Below, piece by piece: positions 1-9,396 of a stretch of DNA of 32,000 nucleotides. Both the position numbers and the translations under genes were made by a program. How positions within the stretch are numbered: position 1 is the stretch's first letter; the number at the start of each line of letters is the position of its first letter. The DNA is from Candidatus Saccharimonadota bacterium (GTDB lineage Bacteria; Pseudomonadota; Gammaproteobacteria; Enterobacterales; Enterobacteriaceae). The notes beneath the pieces were generated by a model. The model ran no database searches. It was given only the letters and a program-made list of their open reading frames with translations, and was not told the origin of the DNA. The stretch covers positions 270,001 through 302,000 of the forward strand of contig CP145874.1 in the NCBI GenBank assembly GCA_041942055.1. Reading direction: 5' to 3'.

Positions 1-1
1 A

Positions 2-640
2 GTTTGCCTTTTACTCAGTATAATGGCATTTCTATCTATTTTAGTTGGAAATTTACTTGCTTTTTTTCAATTCAATATTAAAAAATTATTAGCATACTCT
101 TCGATTTCTCATTTTGGTTATTTATGGATAGCATTAATATGTGCACATACAAATAAATCTTTATCGTTAGAAACTATTAATATATCTTTAATTAGTTATT
201 TATTAAGTAATTTAGGATTATTTGGGATAATCATCTTAATTTCTACTACATATCATGATTATATGGACGATATTAATTCTTATCGTGGATTATTTTTACA
301 TCATCCCATATTATCATTAGCTATGACTGTAATGATACTATCGTTAGCGGGTATTCCTCTAACATTAGGTTTTATTAGTAAATTTTATATCATTATTATG
401 AGTATAATGTCCCATTATTGGTCGTTAAGTTTATCGATTTTAATCGGTAGTATTATTGGACTTTATTATTATTTGCGACTTATTACATATTTATATCTAT
501 CTTCACCACAATCAGATAAACTGATCATGTTATCATCAGAATCTAATTGGTTTTGGTGTATTGGAGCAATAATAGTCTGTATAATTGCGATTATTATTGG
601 CATGTTAGGTATTTTTCCGCAATATATAATAAATCCCTAA
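2..640 (+). CDS. nuoN: NADH-quinone oxidoreductase subunit N, C-terminal part (5' end lies upstream of the window)
   Basis: The frame is open from the window edge (no stop between 2 and 22). The translation (NIKKLLAYSSISHFGYL, YRGLF..HPILS, LSLAGIPLTLGFISKFY, GLYYYLR) tracks the C-terminal half of E. coli NuoN. Stop TAA at 638-640. Confidence 0.88.
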   Translation, partial: VCLLLSIMAFLSILVGNLLAFFQFNIKKLLAYSSISHFGYLWIALICAHTNKSLSLETINISLISYLLSNLGLFGIIILISTTYHDYMDDINSYRGLFLHHPILSLAMTVMILSLAGIPLTLGFISKFYIIIMSIMSHYWSLSLSILIGSIIGLYYYLRLITYLYLSSPQSDKLIMLSSESNWFWCIGAIIVCIIAIIIGMLGIFPQYIINP

Positions 641-666
641 TTGATTAAAAAATATTGTTAAATAAT

Positions 667-1800
667 TTATAATTTAAAATCACACAAGTCTTTTATGTCA
701 ATTTCAGTATCTACTTGACCAATTAAGTAAGAACTCAATTCAGATTCTTGAGGTGCAACCTGTACATAATCAGATACTAACCAAGAATTAATCCATGGAA
801 TTGGATTGGATTGTTGTATACTAAAAGGAATCTTGAATTTTAGAGCTTGCATTCTAATATTAGTGATATACTCAATATATTGAAATAATATTTCCTTATT
901 TAATCCTATCATTGCTCCATCTTTGAATAAATATTCAGTCCATTCTTTCTCTTGGTTGACAGCTCGCAAAAATAAATCATAACATTGTGATTTACATTCA
1001 TTTGCAATTTCTGCCATTTCTATATCATCTTCTCCAGAATGCATAAGATTGATTAAATATTGAGTTCCGGTTAAATGTAATGCTTCATCACGTGCAATCA
1101 AACGAATAATTTTTGCATTTCCTTCCATCAATTTACGTTCAGCAAAAGCAAAAGAACAAGCAAAACTAACATAAAAACGAATGGCTTCTAGAACATTGAC
1201 ACTTATTAAGCAAAGATAAAGTTGTTTTTTTAGGGTACGTAAATTAATAGTAATAGTTTGACCATTTACTTGATGTGTTCCCTCCCCGAAAAGATGCCAG
1301 TAACTAGTCATTTTAATAAGATCATCATAATAAATGGAAATATCTTTGGCTCGCATTTTGATTTGTTGGTTTGTCAAAATATCATCAAAAATACATCCAG
1401 GTTCATTAACAATATTACGAATAATATGAGTATAAGAACGCGAATGAATAGTTTCAGAAAAAGCCCACGTTTCAATCCAAGTTTCGAGCTCAGGTAATGA
1501 TACCAATGGTAACAACGACACATTAGGACTACGTCCTTGAATTGAATCTAGCAAAGTTTGATATTTCAGATTACTGATAAAAATATGCTTTTCATGTTCA
1601 GGTAAGTTCATGAAATCAATTCTATCTTTTGAGATATCAATCTCTTCAGGACGCCAGAAAAAAGATAGCTGTTTTTCAATTAATTTTTCAAAAAAAGAAT
1701 ATTTTTGTTGATCATAACGCGCTATATTTACTGGTTGTCCAAAAAATAGAGGTTCTTTCAGCTGATCATTTTTTTCTTGAGAAAAAGTAGTATAAATCAT
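667..1800 (-). CDS. nrdB: Ribonucleoside-diphosphate reductase 1, beta subunit (class Ia R2)
   Basis: 377 aa, collinear with E. coli NrdB from the first residues ([30 protein letters not shown]). Iron and tyrosyl-radical region ([16 protein letters not shown]) is present. ATG start; sits downstream of nrdA as in E. coli. Confidence 0.97.
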   Translation of the reverse strand: MIYTTFSQEKNDQLKEPLFFGQPVNIARYDQQKYSFFEKLIEKQLSFFWRPEEIDISKDRIDFMNLPEHEKHIFISNLKYQTLLDSIQGRSPNVSLLPLVSLPELETWIETWAFSETIHSRSYTHIIRNIVNEPGCIFDDILTNQQIKMRAKDISIYYDDLIKMTSYWHLFGEGTHQVNGQTITINLRTLKKQLYLCLISVNVLEAIRFYVSFACSFAFAERKLMEGNAKIIRLIARDEALHLTGTQYLINLMHSGEDDIEMAEIANECKSQCYDLFLRAVNQEKEWTEYLFKDGAMIGLNKEILFQYIEYITNIRMQALKFKIPFSIQQSNPIPWINSWLVSDYVQVAPQESELSSYLIGQVDTEIDIKDLCDFKL

Positions 1801-1839
1801 ATTATTCCTTAATGAATCAACTCGATTTTTAAAAAAAAA

Positions 1840-4167
1840 TTAAATCTGACAAGCTCCACTATCACAATTATTACTATCATAAATAATAATCTCTTGTGTA
1901 TAGTTTGTATTTTCAGACAGATTATTTGGAATCTGTAAATGTAATTCGTCTGATGCTCGGTCCCGTGTATTATGATAATATAATGTTTTTATGCCAAGAG
2001 TCCAAGCTGTAATTAAATCTTTAAGTAACTGTTTCATCGGTAACTTTCCCGATGAAAAGCTCTCTGGATCATAACTAGTATTAGCAGAAATAGATTGATC
2101 AATAAATTTTTGCATTAAACCAACTAATTGCAAATAACCCTCGTTATTTGGCATTTTCCACAAGAACTCATATGCTTGATTTAATTTGTCACAATCTGGC
2201 ACTACTTGACGCAAGATCCCATCTTTTGATGATTTTACAGTAATACAACCTCGGGGGGGGTCAATTCCATTAGTAGCGTTAGATATTTGCGAAGAAGTTT
2301 CTGCAGGCATTAATGCTGAAAGAGTAGAATTACGTAATCCATACTTTTTAATATTAATTCTTAAGGTCTCCCAATCATAATGTAATGGTTCTACTACAAT
2401 TTTATCTAGATCTTTTTTATAAGTATCAATAGGAAGAAGACCTTGAGCGTAAGTAGTTTGATTAAACCAAGGACATGCACCTTTTTCTTGTGCTAATTCA
2501 TTGGAAGCTTTAAGTAAATAATATTGAATAGCTTCAAAAGTCTTATGTGTAAGATTCTTTGCACTACCATTCGAATATCGAACTCCATTTTTAGCTAAAT
2601 AATAAGCAAAATTAATTACACCAATTCCTAAAGGGCGACGACCTATTGCTGAGCGTTTAGCAGCAATTACCGGATAATTTTGATAATCTAATAATGCATC
2701 TAGAGCTCGAACACTTAGTATAGCAAGTTCTTCTAGTTCATCTAGGTGATTTATAAGCCCTAAATTAAAAGCAGAAAGAGTACAAACCGCAATTTCTCCA
2801 TGATTATCATTTATGTGTGTTAAGGGAGTAGTGGGTAAGGTAATTTCTAAGCATAAATTTGACTGTCGTACAGGTGCTAGATGTGGATTAAAAGCACTAT
2901 GTGTGTTACAATGATCAACATTCTGAATATAAATTCTTCCTGTTGAAGCTCTTTCTTGCATCATTAAAGAGAAAAGTTCTATTGCTTTTACACTGGTTTT
3001 TCGAACTGAAATATTTTTTTCATACATTATATATAAGCGTTCAAATTCGTTTTGATCTGCAAAAAAAGCATCATATAGATCTGGAACTTCAGAAGGATTA
3101 AATAGTGTAATTTCTTCCCCATTAATCAGGCGTTGATACATTAATTTATTGAGTTGTACAGCATAATCGATATGACGAACACGATTTTCTTCAATACCTC
3201 GATTATTTTTCAGAACTAGTAGATTTTCTACTTCTAAATGCCATAAAGGATAAAATAAAGTAGCAGCACCTCCTCTTATTCCCCCTTGTGAACATGATTT
3301 CACAGCTGATTGAAAATGTTTGTAAAATGGAATACAACCCGTATGATATACTCCTCCTTCTCTAATTGTACTACCTAATGCTCTAATACGTCCCGCATTA
3401 ATTCCAATTCCCGCTCTTTGAGAAATGTACTTTACAATAACGCTTGTAGTAGCATTAATAGAATCTAAGCTATCATCACATTCTACTAATACACAAGAAC
3501 TAAATTGTCTAGTAGGTGTGCGTACTCCTGCCAAAATTGGTGTGGGTAAAGATATTTTAAAAGTAGATATGGCATCATAGAAGCGTTTTATATAATTTGC
3601 ACGTATAGGACGAGGATAACTTGAAAATAAACAAGCAGCTACTAATATATATATGAATTGAGCGCTTTCGTATATTTTGCCATTAACACGGTTTTGTACT
3701 AAATATTTACCTTCTAATTGTTTTACAGCAGCATATGAAAAATTCATATCTCGCCAATGATCAATAAAGTTATCCATTTCTTCGAATTCTTCTTTCGTAT
3801 AGAAATTTAATAAATTAGGGTCATACATACCCATATTAACCATGCGTGTAACCTGATCATATAGTTTAGGTGGTTGAAATTTTCCATAGGCTTTTTTACG
3901 TAGATAAAAAATTCCTAAACGGGCTGCTAGATATTGGTAATCGGATTTTTCAGTAGATATTAGATCAGCAGCCGCTTTAATAATAATTTGATTAATATCA
4001 GAAGTTTTAATTCCATTATACAACTGGATATGAGAACGCAATTCCACTTGAGAAATAGAAATATTATGCAATCCTTCAGAAGCCCATAAAATAAGCCTGT
4101 GGATCTTTTCTAAATTCAAACGTTCGATACAACCATTGCGTTTAGTAACCAACCAACTTTGGTTCAT
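1840..4167 (-). CDS. nrdA: Ribonucleoside-diphosphate reductase 1, alpha subunit (class Ia R1)
   Basis: The ORF track begins at 4260, but the E. coli-like N-terminus MNQ..LVTKR.G..E...L.KIH starts at the ATG at 4165-4167 (775 aa). Active-site SNLCLEI and the C-terminal CxxxxC redox pair (CDSGACQI) are present. There is an insertion of about 15 aa before the C-terminal cysteines relative to E. coli. Confidence 0.96.
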   Translation of the reverse strand: MNQSWLVTKRNGCIERLNLEKIHRLILWASEGLHNISISQVELRSHIQLYNGIKTSDINQIIIKAAADLISTEKSDYQYLAARLGIFYLRKKAYGKFQPPKLYDQVTRMVNMGMYDPNLLNFYTKEEFEEMDNFIDHWRDMNFSYAAVKQLEGKYLVQNRVNGKIYESAQFIYILVAACLFSSYPRPIRANYIKRFYDAISTFKISLPTPILAGVRTPTRQFSSCVLVECDDSLDSINATTSVIVKYISQRAGIGINAGRIRALGSTIREGGVYHTGCIPFYKHFQSAVKSCSQGGIRGGAATLFYPLWHLEVENLLVLKNNRGIEENRVRHIDYAVQLNKLMYQRLINGEEITLFNPSEVPDLYDAFFADQNEFERLYIMYEKNISVRKTSVKAIELFSLMMQERASTGRIYIQNVDHCNTHSAFNPHLAPVRQSNLCLEITLPTTPLTHINDNHGEIAVCTLSAFNLGLINHLDELEELAILSVRALDALLDYQNYPVIAAKRSAIGRRPLGIGVINFAYYLAKNGVRYSNGSAKNLTHKTFEAIQYYLLKASNELAQEKGACPWFNQTTYAQGLLPIDTYKKDLDKIVVEPLHYDWETLRINIKKYGLRNSTLSALMPAETSSQISNATNGIDPPRGCITVKSSKDGILRQVVPDCDKLNQAYEFLWKMPNNEGYLQLVGLMQKFIDQSISANTSYDPESFSSGKLPMKQLLKDLITAWTLGIKTLYYHNTRDRASDELHLQIPNNLSENTNYTQEIIIYDSNNCDSGACQI

Positions 4168-4338
4168 GTTGCGTTTCCCTATCAGGTAGTAAAAAATATG
4201 GATTTGAATAGAGAAGTAATATTTACTCACTCTCTTCGATTGATAAAAAGTAATTCTCAAATTAATTTAACAGTATAGTATTTTAATCAGTTATAAATCC
4301 TATACAAGCATTAATTTTATTTGGCTTAATTCTATTCT

Positions 4339-5043
4339 TTAATCACTAGATAGATAGTAGTGTCTAGTTGGTTTGAGTTGATTGGTATCAAATTCATAGA
4401 CTAATGGAATAGCAGTAGGTATATTTAAATCAATGATTTCAGTTGGACTCATATTATCTAAATATTTTATAAGAGCACGTAAAGAATTTCCATGAGCCAC
4501 AACAATAATGCGATGACCATTTTTAATAAGTGGTAAAATAACATCTATCCAATAATAAATGACTCTTTGACTAGTGGATAAAAGATTTTCCGTTAATGGA
4601 AATTCATCTATTTTTAAATAACAATACCTCATATCATTACCAGAAAACTTTTTGTCATTTGGATTTAATGCTGGAGGAGTTGCATACATATCACGACGCC
4701 ATTGTTTAATTTTTTCGGCTCCATATTTTTTAATCATTTCTAATTTTTTCATACCTTGTAATGCACCATAATGCCTTTCATTTAATTTCCAAGATTTGGC
4801 TACTGGTAACCAGCTTTGTTCCAGTTGATCAAGAACAATCCATAAAGTATGAATAGCACGTTTTAGTACTGAGGTAAAAGCATAATCAAAATACCACCCT
4901 TCGTTTTTTAATAATTTTCCAGCCGATTTAGCTTCTGCTTTTCCTTTTATAGATAAATCTATATCACACCAACCAGTAAATCGATTTTCTTTATTCCATT
5001 TACTTTCTCCATGACGTAACAATACTATTTTGTTTATAGTCAT
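4339..5043 (-). CDS. gpmA: 2,3-bisphosphoglycerate-dependent phosphoglycerate mutase
   Basis: 234 aa. [25 protein letters not shown] and [13 protein letters not shown] motifs are collinear with E. coli GpmA. The C-terminal tail is shorter than in E. coli. Confidence 0.95.
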   Translation of the reverse strand: MTINKIVLLRHGESKWNKENRFTGWCDIDLSIKGKAEAKSAGKLLKNEGWYFDYAFTSVLKRAIHTLWIVLDQLEQSWLPVAKSWKLNERHYGALQGMKKLEMIKKYGAEKIKQWRRDMYATPPALNPNDKKFSGNDMRYCYLKIDEFPLTENLLSTSQRVIYYWIDVILPLIKNGHRIIVVAHGNSLRALIKYLDNMSPTEIIDLNIPTAIPLVYEFDTNQLKPTRHYYLSSD

Positions 5044-5423
5044 TTTTTGATCCTTTTCTATACTCTAATAGCCCAGATGATTATCGTAATAAATATATCA
5101 TAAAAAAAAATCGGTTTTTTGAATCTTTTTATTAGATAATTAATCACGAGCATAAAAAAATAAGATTAAATCTACAAAAAAATACTTTTTTTCAAGATAT
5201 TAAAAAATATAAAATTTTGCCTATGCAAATGGATCTTTCAATTTGTTAAATAACTTCTAAATTATTGCCTATTGTTTATTCCTATGATTAAGTAGTTTGG
5301 TAATTTATATGATGGTTTCATTAACTTTATCTTCTTAGGAAAATGACAAAATGGTAACCAATTTAAGATTTGAGGAAAATCATGTAAAAAAAAGTGATAC
5401 TAATGTAATTAATCTATTTTGAG

Positions 5424-5794
5424 TTATTTGCCAGTACGTTTAGACAAAAACCATTTCTCTATAATATTAACACAATCATTCATAATTATTTGATTTAATT
5501 TAGTATAAAGCTCACTATTAAATTTATGATCAAAAATAATTCTTAAATTGGCTTCTAAATTTAGCGATAAACTTAAGGGATCGAGATTACTCGATCCAAT
5601 TGTTGACCATTTATCATCTTTATAGCTACTTTGCTATGTAATAAAAAATGACGAAAATATTCATAATTTTCTATTCCGGTTTTTATTAGATCATTATAAA
5701 GTAATTGGGGTTCTATTATTTTGACGAAAGCCATGTCAGCTTTACCTTGTATAATCAATTTAATTTGATTACCATTATGCCATTTGTAATTCAT
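5424..5794 (-). pseudogene. clsB: Cardiolipin synthase B (PLD/HKD family) relic: large internal deletion plus a 1-nt frameshift
   Basis: The 73-aa ORF (5573-5794) starts MNYKWHNGNQIKL, resembling the ClsB start MKCSWREGNKIQL. It then runs straight into IIQGKADM..LLYN.L...G....EY....LHSKVA, which matches the second-HKD-domain region of ClsB. Shifting one frame at about 5619-5623 continues with KDDKWSTIGSSNLDPLSLSLNLEAN..., matching DDHWATVGSSNLDPLSLSGNLEAN, and reaches a TAA at 5424-5426. Only about 120 codons remain, against roughly 410 aa for full-length ClsB. Confidence 0.6.
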
Positions 5795-5841
5795 AGGTAT
5801 TTTACCTCATTATATAAAATTACCTAAAAATATATAATCTT

Positions 5842-6420
5842 TTATTTAGGAGGACTCCAAGGCCATTTTTTATATAAGAATAATTTCCGTACTAACAAAA
5901 TTATAAAAATAGCAATAATAAATAAAAAGATATATTTTATATGTTGATCTAACTGGTATAACCAAGGAAGAATCATCCTTCCTCCTACATAACCTAAAGT
6001 TACAAATATAAATGACCATAAGAATGCTCCAATTAAGTTAAATATGAAAAAAATTCCCGGATAAATTTGGCTAGCACCAATAATAATCGGACCTATAATG
6101 CGAAATCCATAAATAAACCTTACTGCAATAACAAATAATATTGGTCTTTTGTAAATCATATTTTGAACGTAGATTCTTCTAGTTTGATTTCTAAATTGTT
6201 TAAAAAAAAGATTACTAAAGTAATAACCTAATAGAAAAAGTAATTGATCTCCGAGTGCTCCTCCAAGCATAGCTACTATTAGTACTTCTTTATAATCTAA
6301 TAAACCTTCTTGTACTGCTATTCCACTTAATATAATTATAGTTTCACCTTCAGTTATACAACCCACAAAAATAGCCCAATAACCATATTGGGTTATTAAA
6401 CTATTAATATCAATATGCAA
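5842..6420 (-). CDS. yohD: DedA-family inner-membrane protein (YohD-like)
   Basis: DedA/SNARE-associated signatures are present (EGET...SG, GGALGDQLLFLLG, VRFIYGFRIIGPIIIGAS). Size and N-terminus (HIDINSLITQYGYW) resemble my memory of E. coli YohD (192 aa), but the paralogue assignment is tentative. The ORF track starts at ATG 6444. I prefer the TTG at 6418-6420 because AGGAAGGA lies 7 nt upstream and it gives 192 aa. Confidence 0.7.
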   Translation of the reverse strand: MHIDINSLITQYGYWAIFVGCITEGETIIILSGIAVQEGLLDYKEVLIVAMLGGALGDQLLFLLGYYFSNLFFKQFRNQTRRIYVQNMIYKRPILFVIAVRFIYGFRIIGPIIIGASQIYPGIFFIFNLIGAFLWSFIFVTLGYVGGRMILPWLYQLDQHIKYIFLFIIAIFIILLVRKLFLYKKWPWSPPK

Positions 6421-6689
6421 TATATTTTCCTTCCTAGTTATCATTTGTTATTGGCAATAAATACTACTGACGGAATTGGTATGGTATAATAAATAATAAG
6501 TAGATTTTATCTGGCTATAAAACGAACGAAGTTAAATAATGGGAATATAAAAGCAATATTTCGATGTAAGTGGTTATTAATGGAATTAATGTATTTACTT
6601 GGATCTGATAAATGTCAACAGTAAAAAAGTGTATCAGTTAATAGCTTTAGGCTGTTATAAATCAAAAAATAAGTAGGTAGTATTCTCAG

Positions 6690-7544
6690 TTAAGGAACAG
6701 TAGTATATTCACATGCTTTAAGCGTGTTCTGTAATAAAGTAGCAACTGTCATAGGACCTACACCTCCAGGAACTGGGGTAATCCAACTAGCTCTTTGTCT
6801 AGCTTGTTCAAAATTAACATCACCAACGATTTTTCCATTTAAACGATTTATACCAACATCAATTACTATTGCTCCGGGTTTGATCCATTCACCACAAATA
6901 AAATGTGGTTTTCCAATTGCTACAATTAATAAATCAGCAATTTCTATATACTGACGTATATTTTTACTAAGGCTATGAATAATAGTGATAGTACATCCAA
7001 CTAATAATAATTCCATAATCATTGGACGTCCAACAATGTTAGATGTTCCTATAATTACAGTATGGAGTCCATAAGTTAGAAGATTATATGATTTAAGTAA
7101 GGTAATTATACCATATGGAGTACAAGGTCGTAGTATTGGTGCTTGAAGACATAACCGACCTACATTATAAGGATGAAAACCATCTACATCTTTAGATGGT
7201 ATAATTTTTTCTAGTAATTTAATTTGGTTGAATGTTGCAGGTAAAGGAAGTTGAACTAAAATACCATCATGAGATGAATCAAAGTTTAATTGCTCTATAA
7301 GAGCCATGACTTCCACTTCAGAAGTGCTAAGAGGTAAATTATAATAAAATGATGTAAATCCAACTTGTTTACAAGCTCGACGTTTGCTATTTATATAAAT
7401 GTTAGAAATCGGGTTATCACCAATATTTATCATTGCTAATCCTGGCGGTCGTTTTCCAGTTCTGAGTCTTAGATTGACTTTTGAATGTATATATTTTTGT
7501 ATTTGTTGCGCAATAATTTTACCATTAATAATATTTGCTACCAT
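6690..7544 (-). CDS. folD: Bifunctional methylenetetrahydrofolate dehydrogenase/cyclohydrolase
   Basis: The E. coli-like N-terminus (M.A.II.GK.IAQQ) begins at ATG 7542-7544 (284 aa). Conserved blocks: PGLA....[48 protein letters not shown]. The longer ORF-track start (7649) runs into the tRNA gene and is rejected. Confidence 0.95.
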   Translation of the reverse strand: MVANIINGKIIAQQIQKYIHSKVNLRLRTGKRPPGLAMINIGDNPISNIYINSKRRACKQVGFTSFYYNLPLSTSEVEVMALIEQLNFDSSHDGILVQLPLPATFNQIKLLEKIIPSKDVDGFHPYNVGRLCLQAPILRPCTPYGIITLLKSYNLLTYGLHTVIIGTSNIVGRPMIMELLLVGCTITIIHSLSKNIRQYIEIADLLIVAIGKPHFICGEWIKPGAIVIDVGINRLNGKIVGDVNFEQARQRASWITPVPGGVGPMTVATLLQNTLKACEYTTVP

Positions 7545-7621
7545 GAGAGTTATATTGATAATATATTGTTGTATGATAATATTTATTATATCAATAATCT
7601 TGATTGAATGTAAGTAAAAAT

Positions 7622-7695
7622 GCGCCTTTAGCTCAGTTGGATAGAGCACCGGTCTTCTAAGCCGTTAGTCGTAGGTTCGAATCCTGCAAGGCGCG
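7622..7695 (+). tRNA. argU: tRNA-Arg, anticodon UCU (AGA/AGG reader); 3' CCA not encoded
   Basis: The cloverleaf was folded by hand. Acceptor stem GCGCCTT/AAGGCGC; D arm GCTC-AGTTGGATA-GAGC; anticodon loop CT-TCT-AA; T arm GTAGG-TTCGAAT-CCTGC; discriminator G. One C27.U43 mismatch. Near-identical to E. coli argU and, as in E. coli, located next to folD. Confidence 0.9.
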
Positions 7696-7720
7696 TACGT
7701 AATAAGAATAAAATTCATAA

Positions 7721-8575
7721 ATGAATACTAGTAGCTACTATTTGATCTTTCCTCATTTTAATTCAATTATTTTATCATTAGGTCCAATATCGATTCATTG
7801 GTATGGTCTTATGTACCTAATAGGTTTTTGTTTTACCGTTTGGTTGGGATCACAACGGGCTCTAAGATCAAAAGAATATAATAAAGAAGAAATTGAACAT
7901 TTATTCTATGTAGGTTTTTTGAGTGTTATAATTGGAGGTCGTTTAGGTTATGCATTATTTTACAATTTACCGATTTTTATAGAACATCCTCTCAATTTAT
8001 TTAAAATATGGAAGGGAGGTATGTCTTTTCATGGAGGTTTATTAGGAGCAATAATTTTTATGTTGTTTTTTTCACGTCAAACACAACGACATTTTTTTCA
8101 AATTTCTGATTTTATAGCACCTTTAATTCCTTTTGCATTAGGAGTAGGAAGATTAGGTAATTTTATTAATGGTGAATTATGGGGTCGGGTAGCTATCAAT
8201 CTTCCCTGGTCTATGATATTTCCAAATTCATACCCAGAAGATATCATTTTTTTAATTACACACCCTGAAGTGCAACCTATCATGGATCATTGGAAAAATT
8301 TACCTCGTCATCCTTCACAATTATATGAAATGTTATTTGAAGGAATAATTCTATTTATTATATTAAATGTTTTTATTCGTCAACCACGTCCTATGGGAAG
8401 TGTATCTAGTCTATTTTTAATAATCTATGGTTTTTTTCGTTTCATACTGGAATTTTTTCGACAACCAGACATCCAACTGGGTTTATTTCATGAATTGTTA
8501 AGTATGGGACAAATCTTATCCATTCCAATGATACTTGTTGGCATAATTATTATGATAAAGGTATATTGTATATAA
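7721..8575 (+). CDS. lgt: Phosphatidylglycerol--prolipoprotein diacylglyceryl transferase
   Basis: 284 aa, collinear with E. coli Lgt (GP...[72 protein letters not shown]). The lgt-thyA pairing matches E. coli. Confidence 0.95.
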   Translation: MNTSSYYLIFPHFNSIILSLGPISIHWYGLMYLIGFCFTVWLGSQRALRSKEYNKEEIEHLFYVGFLSVIIGGRLGYALFYNLPIFIEHPLNLFKIWKGGMSFHGGLLGAIIFMLFFSRQTQRHFFQISDFIAPLIPFALGVGRLGNFINGELWGRVAINLPWSMIFPNSYPEDIIFLITHPEVQPIMDHWKNLPRHPSQLYEMLFEGIILFIILNVFIRQPRPMGSVSSLFLIIYGFFRFILEFFRQPDIQLGLFHELLSMGQILSIPMILVGIIIMIKVYCI

Positions 8576-8597
8576 ATTGTAACAGGTAAATAAACTA

Positions 8598-9392
8598 ATG
8601 AAGCAATATCTACAATTGATGGAAAAAGTCTTAACAGAAGGCGTCTTTAAAAAAGATCGCACTCAAACCGGTACGCTATCAATTTTTGGATATCAGATGA
8701 ATTTAAATTTGCAAAAAGGATTTCCGTTAATTACCACTAAGCTTTGTCATTTTCGTTCAATTATTTATGAATTGTTATGGTTTTTGAAGGGTGAAACTAA
8801 TATAGCGTGGTTAAATGAAAACCAAGTGTCTATTTGGGATAAATGGGCTGATAGAAATGGTAATTTAGGTCCTATTTACGGTAAACAATGGCGTGATTGG
8901 AAAACAGCTCAAGGTAAATCTATTGATCAAATTAGTCAAGTATTACAACAGATTCAAAATGATCCTAATTCTCGACGTATAATTGTATCATCTTGGAATG
9001 TAGGTGAACTAGATACTATGGCTTTAGCTCCTTGTCATATTCTTTTTCAGTTTTATGTAGCAAATAATCAACTATCTTGTCAACTTTATCAACGTTCTTG
9101 TGATCTTTTTCTGGGATTCCCTTTTAACATTGCTAGTTATGCACTTTTAGTACATTTAATTGCTCAGCAATCTAATCTTAAAGTAGGAAAGTTGATATGG
9201 ACAGGAGGAGATATACATCTTTATTGCAACCATCTTGAACAGGCTAAATTACAACTCACTCGAGAACCCCTTCCACTTCCAGAATTAGTGATCAAACGAA
9301 AACCATTATCTTTGTTTGATTATTGTTTTACTGATTTTGAGGTGATGGGATACCATCCATATCCACATATTAAAGCTCCAGTTTCAGTATAA
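8598..9392 (+). CDS. thyA: Thymidylate synthase (ThyA type)
   Basis: 264 aa, the same length as E. coli ThyA. MKQYL.LM.KVL.EG start, catalytic MALAPCH, and [23 protein letters not shown] are present. Confidence 0.97.
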   Translation: MKQYLQLMEKVLTEGVFKKDRTQTGTLSIFGYQMNLNLQKGFPLITTKLCHFRSIIYELLWFLKGETNIAWLNENQVSIWDKWADRNGNLGPIYGKQWRDWKTAQGKSIDQISQVLQQIQNDPNSRRIIVSSWNVGELDTMALAPCHILFQFYVANNQLSCQLYQRSCDLFLGFPFNIASYALLVHLIAQQSNLKVGKLIWTGGDIHLYCNHLEQAKLQLTREPLPLPELVIKRKPLSLFDYCFTDFEVMGYHPYPHIKAPVSV

Positions 9393-9396
9393 TATT

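Noticed and set aside
1258-1497. 79-aa ORF on the plus strand
   Set aside because: It lies entirely antisense within nrdB, has no homology and a low-complexity AT-codon composition. This is a typical shadow ORF.
2901-3101. 66-aa ORF on the plus strand
   Set aside because: It is antisense inside nrdA, with no SD and no recognisable family.
4215-4227. AGTAATATTTACT inverted repeat upstream of nrdA as a possible NrdR box
   Set aside because: It has only 5-bp arms and lacks the CAC..GTG ends of the NrdR-box consensus. No second tandem box was seen.
4168-4260. 31-codon N-terminal extension of nrdA in the ORF track
   Set aside because: Homology to NrdA begins exactly at the internal ATG (MNQSWLVTKRNG). 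The extension is low-complexity and has no counterpart in E. coli NrdA.
5077-5085. Fur-box-like GATAATCAT core upstream of gpmA (E. coli gpmA has been reported as Fur-regulated)
   Set aside because: Only 9 of the 19 consensus positions match. Such A/T-rich nonamers are expected by chance in this composition, and the presence of fur is unknown.
6724-6954. 76-aa ORF on the plus strand
   Set aside because: It is antisense inside folD; a shadow ORF.
7556-7582. 9-bp direct repeat TGATAATAT x2 (18-nt period) in the folD/tRNA-Arg divergent spacer
   Set aside because: It is a single short AT-only repeat pair with no further copies noticed. It cannot be separated from chance.
7399-7617. 72-aa hydrophobic ORF on the plus strand, spanning the folD start and upstream spacer
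   Set aside because: It is antisense to the folD 5' end. Its Ile/Leu/Phe-rich composition is what AT-rich antisense frames give. It has no SD and ends at the tRNA gene.
7545-7649. 35-codon N-terminal extension of folD in the ORF track
   Set aside because: Homology starts at MVANIINGK (ATG at 7544). The extension runs antisense into the tRNA-Arg(UCU) gene.
8098-8283. 61-aa ORF on the minus strand
   Set aside because: It is antisense inside lgt; a shadow ORF.
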